Source of the DNA: an uncultured Acidobacteriota bacterium | GTDB lineage: Bacteria; Actinomycetota; Acidimicrobiia; Spongiisociales; ZC4RG35 | Direction of reading: 5' to 3' | Assembly (NCBI GenBank): GCA_963828465.1 | Contig: CAWHEU010000026.1 | Coordinates: 43,589 to 107,588 of the forward strand | Length of the DNA: 64,000 nt | Shown here: positions 19,670 to 29,411 of the stretch, in pieces | Layout: each line of letters opens with the position of its first letter | Numbering within the stretch: position 1 is the first letter of the stretch | Notes under the pieces: model-generated | The model's database searches: none | Told to the model about the DNA's origin: nothing | The model's input: only the letters and a program-made list of their open reading frames with translations | Translations under genes and position numbers: made by a program

Positions 19670-20664
19670 GCCAAGCCCAGGATCCTGGCCGGGTTCCCGC
19701 TGAGGATTGCCTCCTTCTCTCCGGCACTCAGCTCGGGGAGGCCGTTTACCCAGTTGACCGCGTCGTGCTGGACCATGGGGGCTGGATAGTCGGTGCCCAG
19801 AACGACGCGGTCGATGCCGACCGCGTCGATGAGGAAGCGCAGGGCGGGCCCGCTGTATGTGCAGGAGTCGTAGAGGAACCGCGAGAGGTAGTCGCTGGGT
19901 GGCATCGCCTGGGCGAATCCGTCGGACTGACCAAACGGGGGGATGAACCCTTCGCCCGAATCGGGCTCCAACGCCCCGGCCACCTTGTCCATCCGGGCCA
20001 CCCCAAAGGAGGTGAATCCGCCCCCGTGTGCCAGGTACGGCTTGAGCTCAGGACAGCGGTCGAGGACCCCGCCGAACACAAGCGTGGCGAAGACGAGCGC
20101 CCGCTCGGTGAGGTTGCCTACCGCATTGCCCAGCTTGTACCGACTGATGCGGTGGCTGACCACCGTGTCCCCGCCCTGATGAAAGAAGACGATCGCTCCC
20201 AGCTCCTCGGCTGCGGTGAAGAAGGGGAGGAAGTCCGGCTCGTCATAGGTCCGGCCAGCTACGTGATCGCTGATGATCACGCCTTGCAGGCCGAGGTGCG
20301 TCATGGCCCGCTCCATCTCGGCGATGGCGCTCGGCGGGTCCTGCATGGGCAACGTGGCCAAGCCGGAGAACCGGGCTGGGTTCGCTGCCACCATCTCGGC
20401 GATCTCGTCGTTGCACTCGAGGGCGATCCGCCTGGTCACATCCAGCTCGTTCCCGTATTGGTAGAAGCCGACAGTGGGGGTGACGAGTTGCATGTCGACA
20501 CCGAGGGAATCCATCTCGGCGAGACGCTGGTCGAGCATCTTGTCGAAGCCGCCCAGACCCAGCTCGCCGGCCACCGCGTCGAGGCCGTGCCACTCGCCAC
20601 GCTCCCTGATCGCCTTCTTGTACCTCTCCGGGGTGACGTGGGCGTGCATGTCGATCACGGGCAT
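19666..20664 (-). CDS. Amidohydrolase_2 family (ACMSD-like)
   Basis: IDMHAH, AHGGG, GTDYP motifs. Confidence 0.87.
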   Translation of the reverse strand: MPVIDMHAHVTPERYKKAIRERGEWHGLDAVAGELGLGGFDKMLDQRLAEMDSLGVDMQLVTPTVGFYQYGNELDVTRRIALECNDEIAEMVAANPARFSGLATLPMQDPPSAIAEMERAMTHLGLQGVIISDHVAGRTYDEPDFLPFFTAAEELGAIVFFHQGGDTVVSHRISRYKLGNAVGNLTERALVFATLVFGGVLDRCPELKPYLAHGGGFTSFGVARMDKVAGALEPDSGEGFIPPFGQSDGFAQAMPPSDYLSRFLYDSCTYSGPALRFLIDAVGIDRVVLGTDYPAPMVQHDAVNWVNGLPELSAGEKEAILSGNPARILGLA

Positions 20665-20714
20665 TCCGGATCGATATTACATTATGCATTCTACCGAACT
20701 GACTGGGAGATCCC

Positions 20715-21488
20715 ATGCCCGAGCTGATGAAACACCGTCTCCAAAGAGGGGAACGGCTGGTGGTCTTCGCCGTCGGGCGGATGTTCCATCACAACCTCGT
20801 CCATTACCTGGGGATGGCCGGCGGTTTCGACGGCTTCTGGATCGATGTCGAGCACGGCGGCCTCACCACCCAGGACATCGAGGTCGCGGCTACCGCCGGG
20901 ATGGCGCACGACCTCGATTGCTTCGTCCGGGTTCCCCCGACCGATTACGCCACGGTCACCCGCTGTTTCGAGAGTGGCGCCACCGGGGTCATGGCCGCCC
21001 AGATCAAGAGTGCCGAAGAAGCCGAGGAGTTCGTCCGCTGGGCCAAGTTCGCCCCGCGGGGCCGGCGGGGCCTGAACCCGCTCGGCTTCGACGGGAGATA
21101 CGGCACGATTCCGCTGGCCGAGTTCGCCGAGCAGGCCAACCGGGACACATTCGTCGCCATTCAGATCGAGACCGCCCAGGCGGTGGAGGAGGTCGATGGC
21201 ATTGCCGCAGTCGACGGGGTGGACCTCCTCTTCGTGGGACCGTCGGATCTGAGTCAGGCGGTGGGCGTGATCGGCGACTTCATGGGTGAGGCATCGATCG
21301 CCGCAGTGGACCGTGTTGCCACGGCTTGCCGGGCCCACGGCAAACAATGGGGGGCGGTGACACCGAACCCTGAGTACGCCACGATGCTCATCGACAAAGG
21401 TTGCACCCTGATCTCGCCGGTCAACGACGTAAAACTGGTGACCACAGGCCTGGCTGCGATGAAGGAGAGCTACTCAATGCTGTGGTGA
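20715..21488 (+). CDS. HpcH/HpaI class II aldolase
   Basis: IDVEHG, PRGRRG, QIET, FVGPSDLS motifs. Confidence 0.88.
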   Translation: MPELMKHRLQRGERLVVFAVGRMFHHNLVHYLGMAGGFDGFWIDVEHGGLTTQDIEVAATAGMAHDLDCFVRVPPTDYATVTRCFESGATGVMAAQIKSAEEAEEFVRWAKFAPRGRRGLNPLGFDGRYGTIPLAEFAEQANRDTFVAIQIETAQAVEEVDGIAAVDGVDLLFVGPSDLSQAVGVIGDFMGEASIAAVDRVATACRAHGKQWGAVTPNPEYATMLIDKGCTLISPVNDVKLVTTGLAAMKESYSMLW

Positions 21489-21512
21489 CCGTCTAGCCGG
21501 GGCGGCCCCAAA

Positions 21513-22181
21513 TCAGGACTTGGCGTCGAGCTCGAACGCCTCCAGCGGCAGGCTGATGTGACTGTGCTGGATCTCGATGGCGCGATCGGCATCGCCGGTC
21601 TGAAACGCGTCGAGGAGTGCGAAATGATCCGCGATGGCTTTTCGCCGGATCTCGGGATGGAGTTGCTGTGCCTGGGCCACGAACACTCCACCCGCCTCTT
21701 CGAGCGAGAGCAGGACACCGCTCAAACGCCGGCTCCTGGTCGCCTTGTGGAAAATCGAGTGGAACTGGATGTTGGTCTGCACCCAGGAACCGAGGTCTTC
21801 CTCCTCGGCGAGCTCGGTCGCCACCTGCCGAGCCTCCTTCAGCTCTTCCGGGGTGATTTTCGCCAGTGCCCGGCGGACGGCCAGCCCTTCCAACGACCGA
21901 CGCATCTCGACGATCTCGACCATCTCGTCCCAATCGGGCATGCGGACCGTGCCGATCCGATGACTGTCGAGTGTGATCAGGCCCTCGCTGGCCAGATCCC
22001 GCATCGCTTCCCGGACCGGGGTGGTGCTGACGTCTAGCTGGGCGGCGATGTCGGTCTGTACCAGCCGTGACCCCCCGGGCAGGTCTCCACGAAGGATCGC
22101 AGTTCGCAGGGCATCCCGGACCAGGTCGACAGCGGTGACGCGTCGGGAGCGCGAGATATCAAGGCGGAGCCGGTCCTCCAC
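21513..22181 (-). CDS. GntR/FCD family transcriptional regulator (paralog of 1882..2568)
   Basis: GSRLVQTDIAAQLDVSTTPVREAMRDLASEG nearly identical to the first GntR HTH; likely GTG start 22181. Confidence 0.88.
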   Translation of the reverse strand: MEDRLRLDISRSRRVTAVDLVRDALRTAILRGDLPGGSRLVQTDIAAQLDVSTTPVREAMRDLASEGLITLDSHRIGTVRMPDWDEMVEIVEMRRSLEGLAVRRALAKITPEELKEARQVATELAEEEDLGSWVQTNIQFHSIFHKATRSRRLSGVLLSLEEAGGVFVAQAQQLHPEIRRKAIADHFALLDAFQTGDADRAIEIQHSHISLPLEAFELDAKS

Positions 22182-22243
22182 GTCCTGTACTATACCGAAT
22201 ATAGAGCGTATGATCCTGACGCTTCCGGAGAGCAGGAGGAACC

Positions 22244-23464
22244 ATCTCCAGATACGCCAAAGGACCATTCGCCGTCGACTGGGAAGACCGGTACGACTTC
22301 GCCGAGCTTCGCGGGCAGCGTGTCGCCAAGGCCCATGAAGCTCTGGCCGGCTCGGATGCCGACGCTGTCCTGGTCTGGAAGGACGAGAACGTCCGCTATC
22401 TCACTTCGCTGCGGGCCCAACTGATAGCCGGCAAGACCACATCCTTGAATGGCGCCCTACTCACTGCCGATGAGGATCCAGTCCTGTTGGGATCGGGTGG
22501 CGAGATCGACAAGGCCAGATTCGGGATGAGCTGGATTGGCGAAGCGCACGCCGTTCCGATCATGGAGCAGAGGGAGCTGGTCGATGGGTTCGTCAGGGAC
22601 ATCCTGATCCCCCTCCTCCAGGCCCGGGGTCTGACCACAGGTCGACTTGCCGTCGATCAGGCCAACATCTCGTTCATCGACTCGATGCGAGCGCATCTGC
22701 CTGACCTGGAGCTGGTCGATGGCGACACCGTCATGCAGCAGGCACGCTGGATCAAGACCGACCTAGAGGTGGCCGTCATCGAAGAGGCATGCGCCATCGG
22801 TGACTCGGTGACCCAACGCGCCCTGGACGAGACGCGTGCCGGACGTCGCGAGCTCGATGTCGCGGCCGATGCCATGCAGACGCTGTTCCAGCTCGGCGGG
22901 GAGATGGCTCACGTGATCACCCCGTTCGTCGCCAGCGGCGAGCACATGTCGCCTCCCCACCGTCTCGCCACCGACAAGATCATCCGCAACCAGGACCTCT
23001 GCTTCATCGACATCGGCGCCATGTGGAACGGGTACTTCGCCGACATCGGGAGGACCACGATCGTGGGAAAGCCGTCACGGGAGCAGCAGGACATCTACAC
23101 CGCGGTCTACGAAGGGCTGATGGCCGGGCTCGCCGTGATGCGGCCGGGTAACACCAACCAGGACTGTGCCGACGCCATCATCGGCAAGATCGCCGAGCAC
23201 GGCCTCGCCGATCATCTGTTCAGTCTTTTCATCGGGCATGGGATCGGGATGGGTGCCAACGAGCCGCCATATATAGGAGAGACACTGCCCGGCGCCACCA
23301 CCTACGCGTTCGAGCCCAACATGGTCTTTGCGGTCGAACCGCTGGTGTGGGTGCCCAATGTGCGCGGGGGCGGGGGAGTCCGTCTCGAGGACATGGTTCT
23401 CATCACCGAGGGTGACCCTCACCTCCTCTCCCGCGTCGAGTACGAGGATCGCCTTCTCGTCTAA
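22244..23464 (+). CDS. M24 family (DddP-like) peptidase; reading frame extends upstream to an ATC codon at 22244
   Basis: In-frame N-terminus SRYAKGPFAVDWEDRYDFAELR...DENVRYLT; DIGAMWNGYFADIGRT, GHGIG, VRLED; AGGAGG at 22234-22239. Confidence 0.83.
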   Translation: MSRYAKGPFAVDWEDRYDFAELRGQRVAKAHEALAGSDADAVLVWKDENVRYLTSLRAQLIAGKTTSLNGALLTADEDPVLLGSGGEIDKARFGMSWIGEAHAVPIMEQRELVDGFVRDILIPLLQARGLTTGRLAVDQANISFIDSMRAHLPDLELVDGDTVMQQARWIKTDLEVAVIEEACAIGDSVTQRALDETRAGRRELDVAADAMQTLFQLGGEMAHVITPFVASGEHMSPPHRLATDKIIRNQDLCFIDIGAMWNGYFADIGRTTIVGKPSREQQDIYTAVYEGLMAGLAVMRPGNTNQDCADAIIGKIAEHGLADHLFSLFIGHGIGMGANEPPYIGETLPGATTYAFEPNMVFAVEPLVWVPNVRGGGGVRLEDMVLITEGDPHLLSRVEYEDRLLV

Positions 23465-24390
23465 CCGGCCAGCGTCGTCATCACCTTCTCGACGATCGTC
23501 CTGGCCACCCGATCGACCGATTCGCGGGTGTTGCCGGCGACGTGCGGCGTGAGGAGCAGGTTGGGGACGGTGGCGAACACCGCGGCCGGCTCTTGTCCCA
23601 GCGGTTCCGACGCGAAAACGTCGAGAGCTGCGCCCCCGAGCTTTCCGGCGAGCAGAGCCTCCGCCAGAGCGGTCTCGTCGACGATGCCGCCCCGGGATGT
23701 GTTGATGAGGACAGCGGTCGGCTTCATGCGACCCAAGACGGATGCGTCGATGAGGTTGCGGGTTTCGTCGCTCAACGGGACATGGAGGCTGATCACATCG
23801 GAGGTGGCGAGGAGAGCCTCGAGGTCGACACGACGAACCAACGCCCAGGCCGCGTCGTCGGCGGGCACGAAGGGATCGTGGGCGATGATCTCCATGCCCA
23901 AGCCGGCGGCACGGGTCGCCACCTGTCGTGCGATGGAGCCGTAGCCCACGAGCCCCAGGGTCTTTCCCATGAGCTCGTGTCCGAATGCATGCCCTTGCCG
24001 TGGCCACTCCCCGGCCACCATCGAAGGTGTCATCCCGTAGACGCCCCTGACAACGACGAACATCGCCCCGATGACATACTCGGCGACAGAGACCGCGTTC
24101 TCGCCGGCCGCGTGTATTACCCGCACCCCGGCCTGCTCACAGCCTTTCATATCGATGTTGTCGAGACCCACGCCGAGTCTCCCGATCACGCGAAGATCGG
24201 GCGCTGCCGCGATCAACTCCTCGTCGACACGGGTGCGATTGCGGGTGAACAAGGCTTCGACCCCGGACATCCGATCGAGCAGCCGGCTCCGATCGGTGCA
24301 GAGGTCCGGGTCGTACACCACGTCGTGACGTGTCCGAAGGAGATCGAGCTGCTCATCGGGCAGGTACTCCGAGACCAGGATGTTGCTCAT
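23461..24390 (-). CDS. D-2-hydroxyacid dehydrogenase, (S)-sulfolactate dehydrogenase SlcC-like
   Basis: RNRTRVD, GRLGVGLDNID, SVAEYV, GEWPR, HDPFVPADDAAW, TPHVAG; resemblance to SlcC recalled from memory, not searched. Confidence 0.8.
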   Translation of the reverse strand: MSNILVSEYLPDEQLDLLRTRHDVVYDPDLCTDRSRLLDRMSGVEALFTRNRTRVDEELIAAAPDLRVIGRLGVGLDNIDMKGCEQAGVRVIHAAGENAVSVAEYVIGAMFVVVRGVYGMTPSMVAGEWPRQGHAFGHELMGKTLGLVGYGSIARQVATRAAGLGMEIIAHDPFVPADDAAWALVRRVDLEALLATSDVISLHVPLSDETRNLIDASVLGRMKPTAVLINTSRGGIVDETALAEALLAGKLGGAALDVFASEPLGQEPAAVFATVPNLLLTPHVAGNTRESVDRVARTIVEKVMTTLAG

Positions 24391-24393
24391 CCG

Positions 24394-25302
24394 TTACTTG
24401 CCGGATCCGGACACCAGCCCGGCCACCACATATCTCTCCACCCGGGTGTAGACCAGGACGAAGGGGAGCACGGTCAGCAACGTGAAAGCTGCCTCCGCGG
24501 GGAAGTTGGCCAGACCCTCGATGCCCTGCATCAGGTAGAGCTCGAAGGGCAGGGTGCGTTTCCCGGGCGTGCTGGTGAGCACGAGCACCAGGGTGAACTC
24601 GTTCCAGGCCTCCCGGAAGGCGAGCACCCCGATGGTGATCATGGCCGGCGCGGCGAGGGGGACCACGATGTAGCGGAGACGAGTCCACAGTGTGGCCCCA
24701 TCGACGTTGGCCGCCTCCTCGATGTCGCGCGGGATCTGTTGGAAGAAGCCAACCATGAGCCAAACGGCGAGCGGGAGCAGCATGCCCGTATAGACGATGA
24801 TCAGCGTCGTCCTCTTGTCGAGTTGACCAGTGGCGACCGCCAACCGGTAGATCGGCACCATGATCCCGAGACTGGGCACAAGACGGGGGAGGAGCGTGAA
24901 CAGCAGGAGGAGATGGCGGCCCCGGAACCGGAAGCGGGCGAAGGCGTAGGCCGCCGGCACCCCGATCGCCAGGGTGAGGATTGTCGTGCCGACCCCGACG
25001 ACAACGCTGTTGACGAAGGAAGAGGTGAAGCTCTCGCTGGAGAGCACCTCCCTGTAAGCGTCGAGCGTGGGATCTCTCGGTATCAGGCTCGGTTCGGAGA
25101 AGACATCCCCTTTCTCCTTGAACGACACCGAGGTGGTGACAACGAATGGAGCCACGGTCCAGATGACGAGTGCGATGAGGGGGATGGCGAGGAGGAACTG
25201 CCGGATTCCCCGGCGGAACCCGCCGCCGGCCGGCCGCTTCTGCTCCCGTGTCGGACCGGTCACCGCCCCTGCGGCTGCTGCCGTCTCCGCGGCCAAGGGC
25301 AC
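24394..25302 (-). CDS. Carbohydrate ABC transporter permease (MalG-like)
   Basis: EAA motif IEEAANVDGA, AWNEF; true start may be ATG 25330 with a frameshift. Confidence 0.88.
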   Translation of the reverse strand: MPLAAETAAAAGAVTGPTREQKRPAGGGFRRGIRQFLLAIPLIALVIWTVAPFVVTTSVSFKEKGDVFSEPSLIPRDPTLDAYREVLSSESFTSSFVNSVVVGVGTTILTLAIGVPAAYAFARFRFRGRHLLLLFTLLPRLVPSLGIMVPIYRLAVATGQLDKRTTLIIVYTGMLLPLAVWLMVGFFQQIPRDIEEAANVDGATLWTRLRYIVVPLAAPAMITIGVLAFREAWNEFTLVLVLTSTPGKRTLPFELYLMQGIEGLANFPAEAAFTLLTVLPFVLVYTRVERYVVAGLVSGSGK

Positions 25303-25326
25303 GCCGCCGGGTCTTGGCAGCGTCGG

Positions 25327-26284
25327 TCATTGCTCGTACTCGTAGCGTCGGGCCACGCCCACGTAAGCCAGGGTGAGCACGGCGTTGAGAATGAGGATGA
25401 AGGTGGCGTTGGCCAGGGCCTGGTTGAACTCGAGGGCGCGGAACGCGACCGTGTACATCTCCATGGCAAGGGTCTGCGTGGCAAGGAGCGGCCCCCCACC
25501 GGTCATCGCCAGGACGACCCCGAGCCCGGTCAACGTGGAGTAGCTCAGCCAGACGGTGCTGATCACGAGCTGTGGTGTCAGTAGCGGGATGGTCAGAGAT
25601 CGGGCCCGGGTCCATCCGGTTGCCCCGTCGACGAGGGCGGCGTCGAGATAGGACTTGTCGATGGTCATGAGACCGCCGAGCAGGACAAGGATGGTCAGGG
25701 GGAGATCGGTCCAGACCTGAGTCACGATGACGACGAACATCGCAAGCCCCGGGTCGCTCAGCCATCCCAGGCCATCGAGACCAAAGAACTCGATCACCTG
25801 GTTCACCGCCCCGAACTGGCTGTTGAAGAGGAGTCGGAACATGACCGCGGCGGCCACATTGGAGATGATGTAGGGGGCGACGGTCACCGCCCGGAGGAAG
25901 CGGAGCTTCCCGACGACCCGGAACAGGGCGAAGGAGAAGAACAAGCCGAGCACCGTCCCGAGGATGAGGGAGCCGAACACGAATACCGCAGTTCGGTTCG
26001 AGCGCGTGCCAGAACTCGGGCCCGGAGAACATGTCGACGTAGTTCTCGAAGCCGACGAATTCGACCGGCGCCCCGAGGCTTGGGGCCCTGAAGAAACTCT
26101 GCCAGGTCCCGTAGATGACGGGGAAGCCGAGGATGGCCGCCACCAGCAGGATGGCCGGCAGGCTGAAGATGTAGGGCGTGGCCTTGCTGTGCCCGATCAG
26201 GGCGTTGCCGTCACGGCCTCCGTTGCCGCCCGTGTCGGGGCGTCGGATCAAGCGTCGCGCTCTGGTGATCGTGGTCGCGGTCAT
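25327..26284 (-). CDS. Carbohydrate ABC transporter permease (MalF-like), one frameshift near 25998
   Basis: N-terminus ...FVGFENYVDMFSGPEFWHAL (ORF 26284) continues as RTAVFVFGSL...LDAALVDGA (ORF 25980). Confidence 0.85.
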
Positions 26285-26378
26285 TCAGACGCCTCTTCGA
26301 GACACCACTCCGAGCATGGCACACCCACGTTCACGGGGTCGTGAACGTGGGTGTGCCTGTCACGACACGGTGGCCGGG

Positions 26379-27734
26379 TCAGGGTGCCGTTTCGTCCAGC
26401 TGTGGCTGGTATTCCCCTGCCAGCTCCTCGGCGGTCTTCTCTGTCCCGACGACGATCTCGCCGAACATCTGCTCGAGGATGGCCTCGACCTCCCCGGCGT
26501 TCTCGCCGACCGGGGTCGGCGTGCTGTTCAGATAGGCCTCTTTGACCTCTTCGGTGAAGAAAGGCCAGAACTCCTGGAGCCGTGGATCCTCGATCGCCTC
26601 GGTCTGGCGCATCGGTACGGACCCATTGCCGGCCGCCGCGACCAGATTCTCGGTTTCGGCGATGTAGCGGAGGATCAAGGCAGCCGCATCCGGGTTCTCC
26701 GACCCTGCCAAAACGGCCCAGGTACGCGCCGCGTTCAGGGCAACGCCGCCTTCCGACACCGGGACAGGAGTCAGGTTCCAGACGTCCGGGTAGGTGAAGT
26801 CGCCCACGTCGTTGAAGTCGCCGGCAGTTGTGAACCCGTCGAGGATCAACCCGGCATCACCGGAGATGAACGCGCCACGGGCCTCGTCCTCACCCCAGGC
26901 AATGGCCTCGGGCGGCAACAACTCTTCGGCCGCCGCCTGCAGGAACCAGTTGATGGTGTACAGGCCGCCTTCGGATGTGAGATCGGGGATCGGTCCTTCG
27001 AACGGTGTGCCCGAGGCGGCAAGCACCGTCTTGAGTGTCGTTACCCCGTCCCCGGCGCGGGCTTGGACGGTGAGCGGGATGCCGTCGGGCCGGGATGCCT
27101 TCATCGCCCGCATCCCTTCGAGAACGGCGTCGAGTGAGTCGAAAGGCACGGTTACCCCGGCCTCCTCGAACCAGGCGGAGTTGTAGTAGAGGATGTCGAA
27201 GTTGGCCGTGACCGACATGCCTGTCTTGGTGCCGTCCTCGAGCGCCGTCTCCTCCCAGACCAGGGGAAGGAGCAGTCCATAGGTGTCGGGCTCTTCCTCT
27301 TCCCACTGGGCTGCGATGTCGTCGTGAGACTCGACCAGACCGGCGTTATAGAAGGTCTCGAGGAGGAACGAGTCCTCGGCGCCGAGAATGTCCGGCAATG
27401 GTTGGCCGGCGTCTTGCATCCGAAGCATCTGTTGAAGCATGTCGTCGTTGGACTGGATGTCGAACGTGACGTTGACGCCCGTCTCCTCGGTGAAGCTGGC
27501 GAATTGGTCGGGCGGGATGTAATAGTCACGCGAGGCCCAGACCAGGAGGTCGCCGTCTCCGGCCGGCTCCTCACCTCCGGCAGCAGTGGTGTCGGTACCG
27601 CCACCGGCCGTCGTCTCGGTGCCACCTGCCGCCGTCGTGCTCGTGTCCTCGCCTTCGCTGGCGCATGCGGCCATCACGAGCCCGAGGACCAATAGAAGCG
27701 CAAGCATTCGTTGACGTCTCGGTTTGAAGATCAT
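26379..27734 (-). CDS. ABC transporter sugar-binding lipoprotein
   Basis: Lipobox LVMAAC, Thr/Gly-rich linker, SBP_bac_1-like body. Confidence 0.85.
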   Translation of the reverse strand: MIFKPRRQRMLALLLVLGLVMAACASEGEDTSTTAAGGTETTAGGGTDTTAAGGEEPAGDGDLLVWASRDYYIPPDQFASFTEETGVNVTFDIQSNDDMLQQMLRMQDAGQPLPDILGAEDSFLLETFYNAGLVESHDDIAAQWEEEEPDTYGLLLPLVWEETALEDGTKTGMSVTANFDILYYNSAWFEEAGVTVPFDSLDAVLEGMRAMKASRPDGIPLTVQARAGDGVTTLKTVLAASGTPFEGPIPDLTSEGGLYTINWFLQAAAEELLPPEAIAWGEDEARGAFISGDAGLILDGFTTAGDFNDVGDFTYPDVWNLTPVPVSEGGVALNAARTWAVLAGSENPDAAALILRYIAETENLVAAAGNGSVPMRQTEAIEDPRLQEFWPFFTEEVKEAYLNSTPTPVGENAGEVEAILEQMFGEIVVGTEKTAEELAGEYQPQLDETAP

Positions 27735-27924
27735 TGCCTCACTCTCCGTGTCAAAGGCTTGGTCCCCGAACCAAGCAGCAGGCACAGGGGACCTGTCCTG
27801 CACAATGCAAAATACTTACTATTGAGTGACCGGTCAACAGAGCCACAACGGTTGCCTCGGTTCCCGTCGGAGCGGTCATGGCATGGTCTCACTGTCCTGC
27901 GATACTCACCACTCACAACCCCGA

Positions 27925-27996
27925 TGGGGGGTGGTGTAACCGGTAGCACAGCAGGTTTTGGTCCTGTAAGAGCGGGTTCGAGTCCTGCCCCCCCAG
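27925..27996 (+). tRNA. tRNA-Gln(TTG)
   Basis: TGGGGGG/CCCCCCA acceptor stem, anticodon arm GCAGG-TTTTGGT-CCTGT, GGTTCGAGTCC T-loop; conserved position before glmU. Confidence 0.95.
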
Positions 27997-28015
27997 CGTC
28001 AATTCGTACAGAGAG

Positions 28016-29410
28016 GTGCCGTTGCCGATCCATGTCGTCATCCTCGCCGCCGGGCAAGGGAAGCGGATGATGTCCGACCTCCCCAAGGTGGCTCATATGG
28101 CAGCGGGGCGAAGGCTCATAGGTTGGGTACTCGAAGCCGTCCGCCCACTCCAGCCGGCGAGCACGGTTGTCGTCGTTGGCCATGGCGCCGAACAGGTGGT
28201 CTCCCATCTTCCTCCTGACGTGGTCCCTGCGTTGCAGGAAGAGCAACTGGGCACGGGCCATGCGACGCGGGTAGGACTCGATGCCCTGGATGATGTCTCG
28301 CCTGAGGACACGATCATCGTGCTCTACGGGGACATGCCCCTGCTCACCAACGATTTGCTCGTTCGTCTCGCCGAGCGCTCCGACGACGTCGCCGCCCGGA
28401 TGGTCACCTCCATCTTCGACGATCCGACCGGCTATGGGCGGGTGATACGCGACGTCGGCGGACTGGTGGTCGAAGTCGTGGAGGAGCGTGACTGCGACGA
28501 CGACCAGCGCGCCGTCGGCGAGATCAATGCCGGGGCCTACGCCTTCAGAGCCAAGGACCTGATCGATGCGCTCGGCGGCCTCTCCAACGAGAATTCCCAG
28601 GGCGAGTACTACCTGACCGACGTCATCGGAATCCTCGTAGGAAGAGGCGAGCGACTAGAACCCGTCGAGACGACACCCGAGGAGGTGATCGGCATCAACT
28701 CTCAGGACCAACTCACGGAGGCCAGACACCTGTTGCAGGCCCGAATCAACCAACGGCTCATGGAGTCAGGGGTATGGATGCTCGACCCGGATCGCACCTA
28801 CGTCGACGACACCGTGACGGTCGAGCCGGGAGCCCGGATCTACCCGGGGGTCCACCTCGAAGGCAAGACGACGGTCGCGGCCGGAGCCCAGGTCGGGCCT
28901 GATGTCTTCGCCGTCGACTCATCGATCGGGGCCGGAGCCACGGTTTGGTATGCGGTGCTTCGAAGCTCGGTGGTGGGGGAAGGCTGCGAGGTCGGCCCGT
29001 ACGCATCGTTGCGACCGGGGACGGTCCTAGAGAAGGGCGCGAAGGTGGGAACCTTCGTCGAGACCAAGAACACGACCCTCGGTGAAGGAGCCAAGGCACC
29101 CCATCTCGCCTATCTCGGCGACGCCACGGTTGGGGCGAGGTCCAACATCGGGGCCGGATCGATCACTTGCAACTACGACGGCTACGAAAAGTATCAAACG
29201 GTCATCGGCGAGGACGTGTTCATCGGATCCGACACGATGTTGGTCGCCCCGTTGACCATCGGTAACAACGCTGTCACCGGCGCCGGATCCGTTATCACCG
29301 AAGACGTCGAAGAAGGTGCCCTCGCCCTGGAGCGCACTGAGCAGCGTGATTTCCCCGGCTACTCTCAGCGCCGCGCAGAGAGACAGGCCGCCAAGAAAAC
29401 CGAGGACTGA
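28016..29410 (+). CDS. glmU: Bifunctional UDP-N-acetylglucosamine pyrophosphorylase / glucosamine-1-phosphate acetyltransferase
   Basis: LAAGQGKRM, QLGTGHA, GEYYLTD, hexapeptide repeats, CNYDG. Confidence 0.96.
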   Translation: MPLPIHVVILAAGQGKRMMSDLPKVAHMAAGRRLIGWVLEAVRPLQPASTVVVVGHGAEQVVSHLPPDVVPALQEEQLGTGHATRVGLDALDDVSPEDTIIVLYGDMPLLTNDLLVRLAERSDDVAARMVTSIFDDPTGYGRVIRDVGGLVVEVVEERDCDDDQRAVGEINAGAYAFRAKDLIDALGGLSNENSQGEYYLTDVIGILVGRGERLEPVETTPEEVIGINSQDQLTEARHLLQARINQRLMESGVWMLDPDRTYVDDTVTVEPGARIYPGVHLEGKTTVAAGAQVGPDVFAVDSSIGAGATVWYAVLRSSVVGEGCEVGPYASLRPGTVLEKGAKVGTFVETKNTTLGEGAKAPHLAYLGDATVGARSNIGAGSITCNYDGYEKYQTVIGEDVFIGSDTMLVAPLTIGNNAVTGAGSVITEDVEEGALALERTEQRDFPGYSQRRAERQAAKKTED

Positions 29411-29411
29411 G

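Noticed and set aside
23542-26284. Long 680-aa (+) and 643-aa (-) ORFs
   Set aside because: High-GC shadow frames over the ABC permeases; the 643-aa ORF arises from the frameshift near 25998
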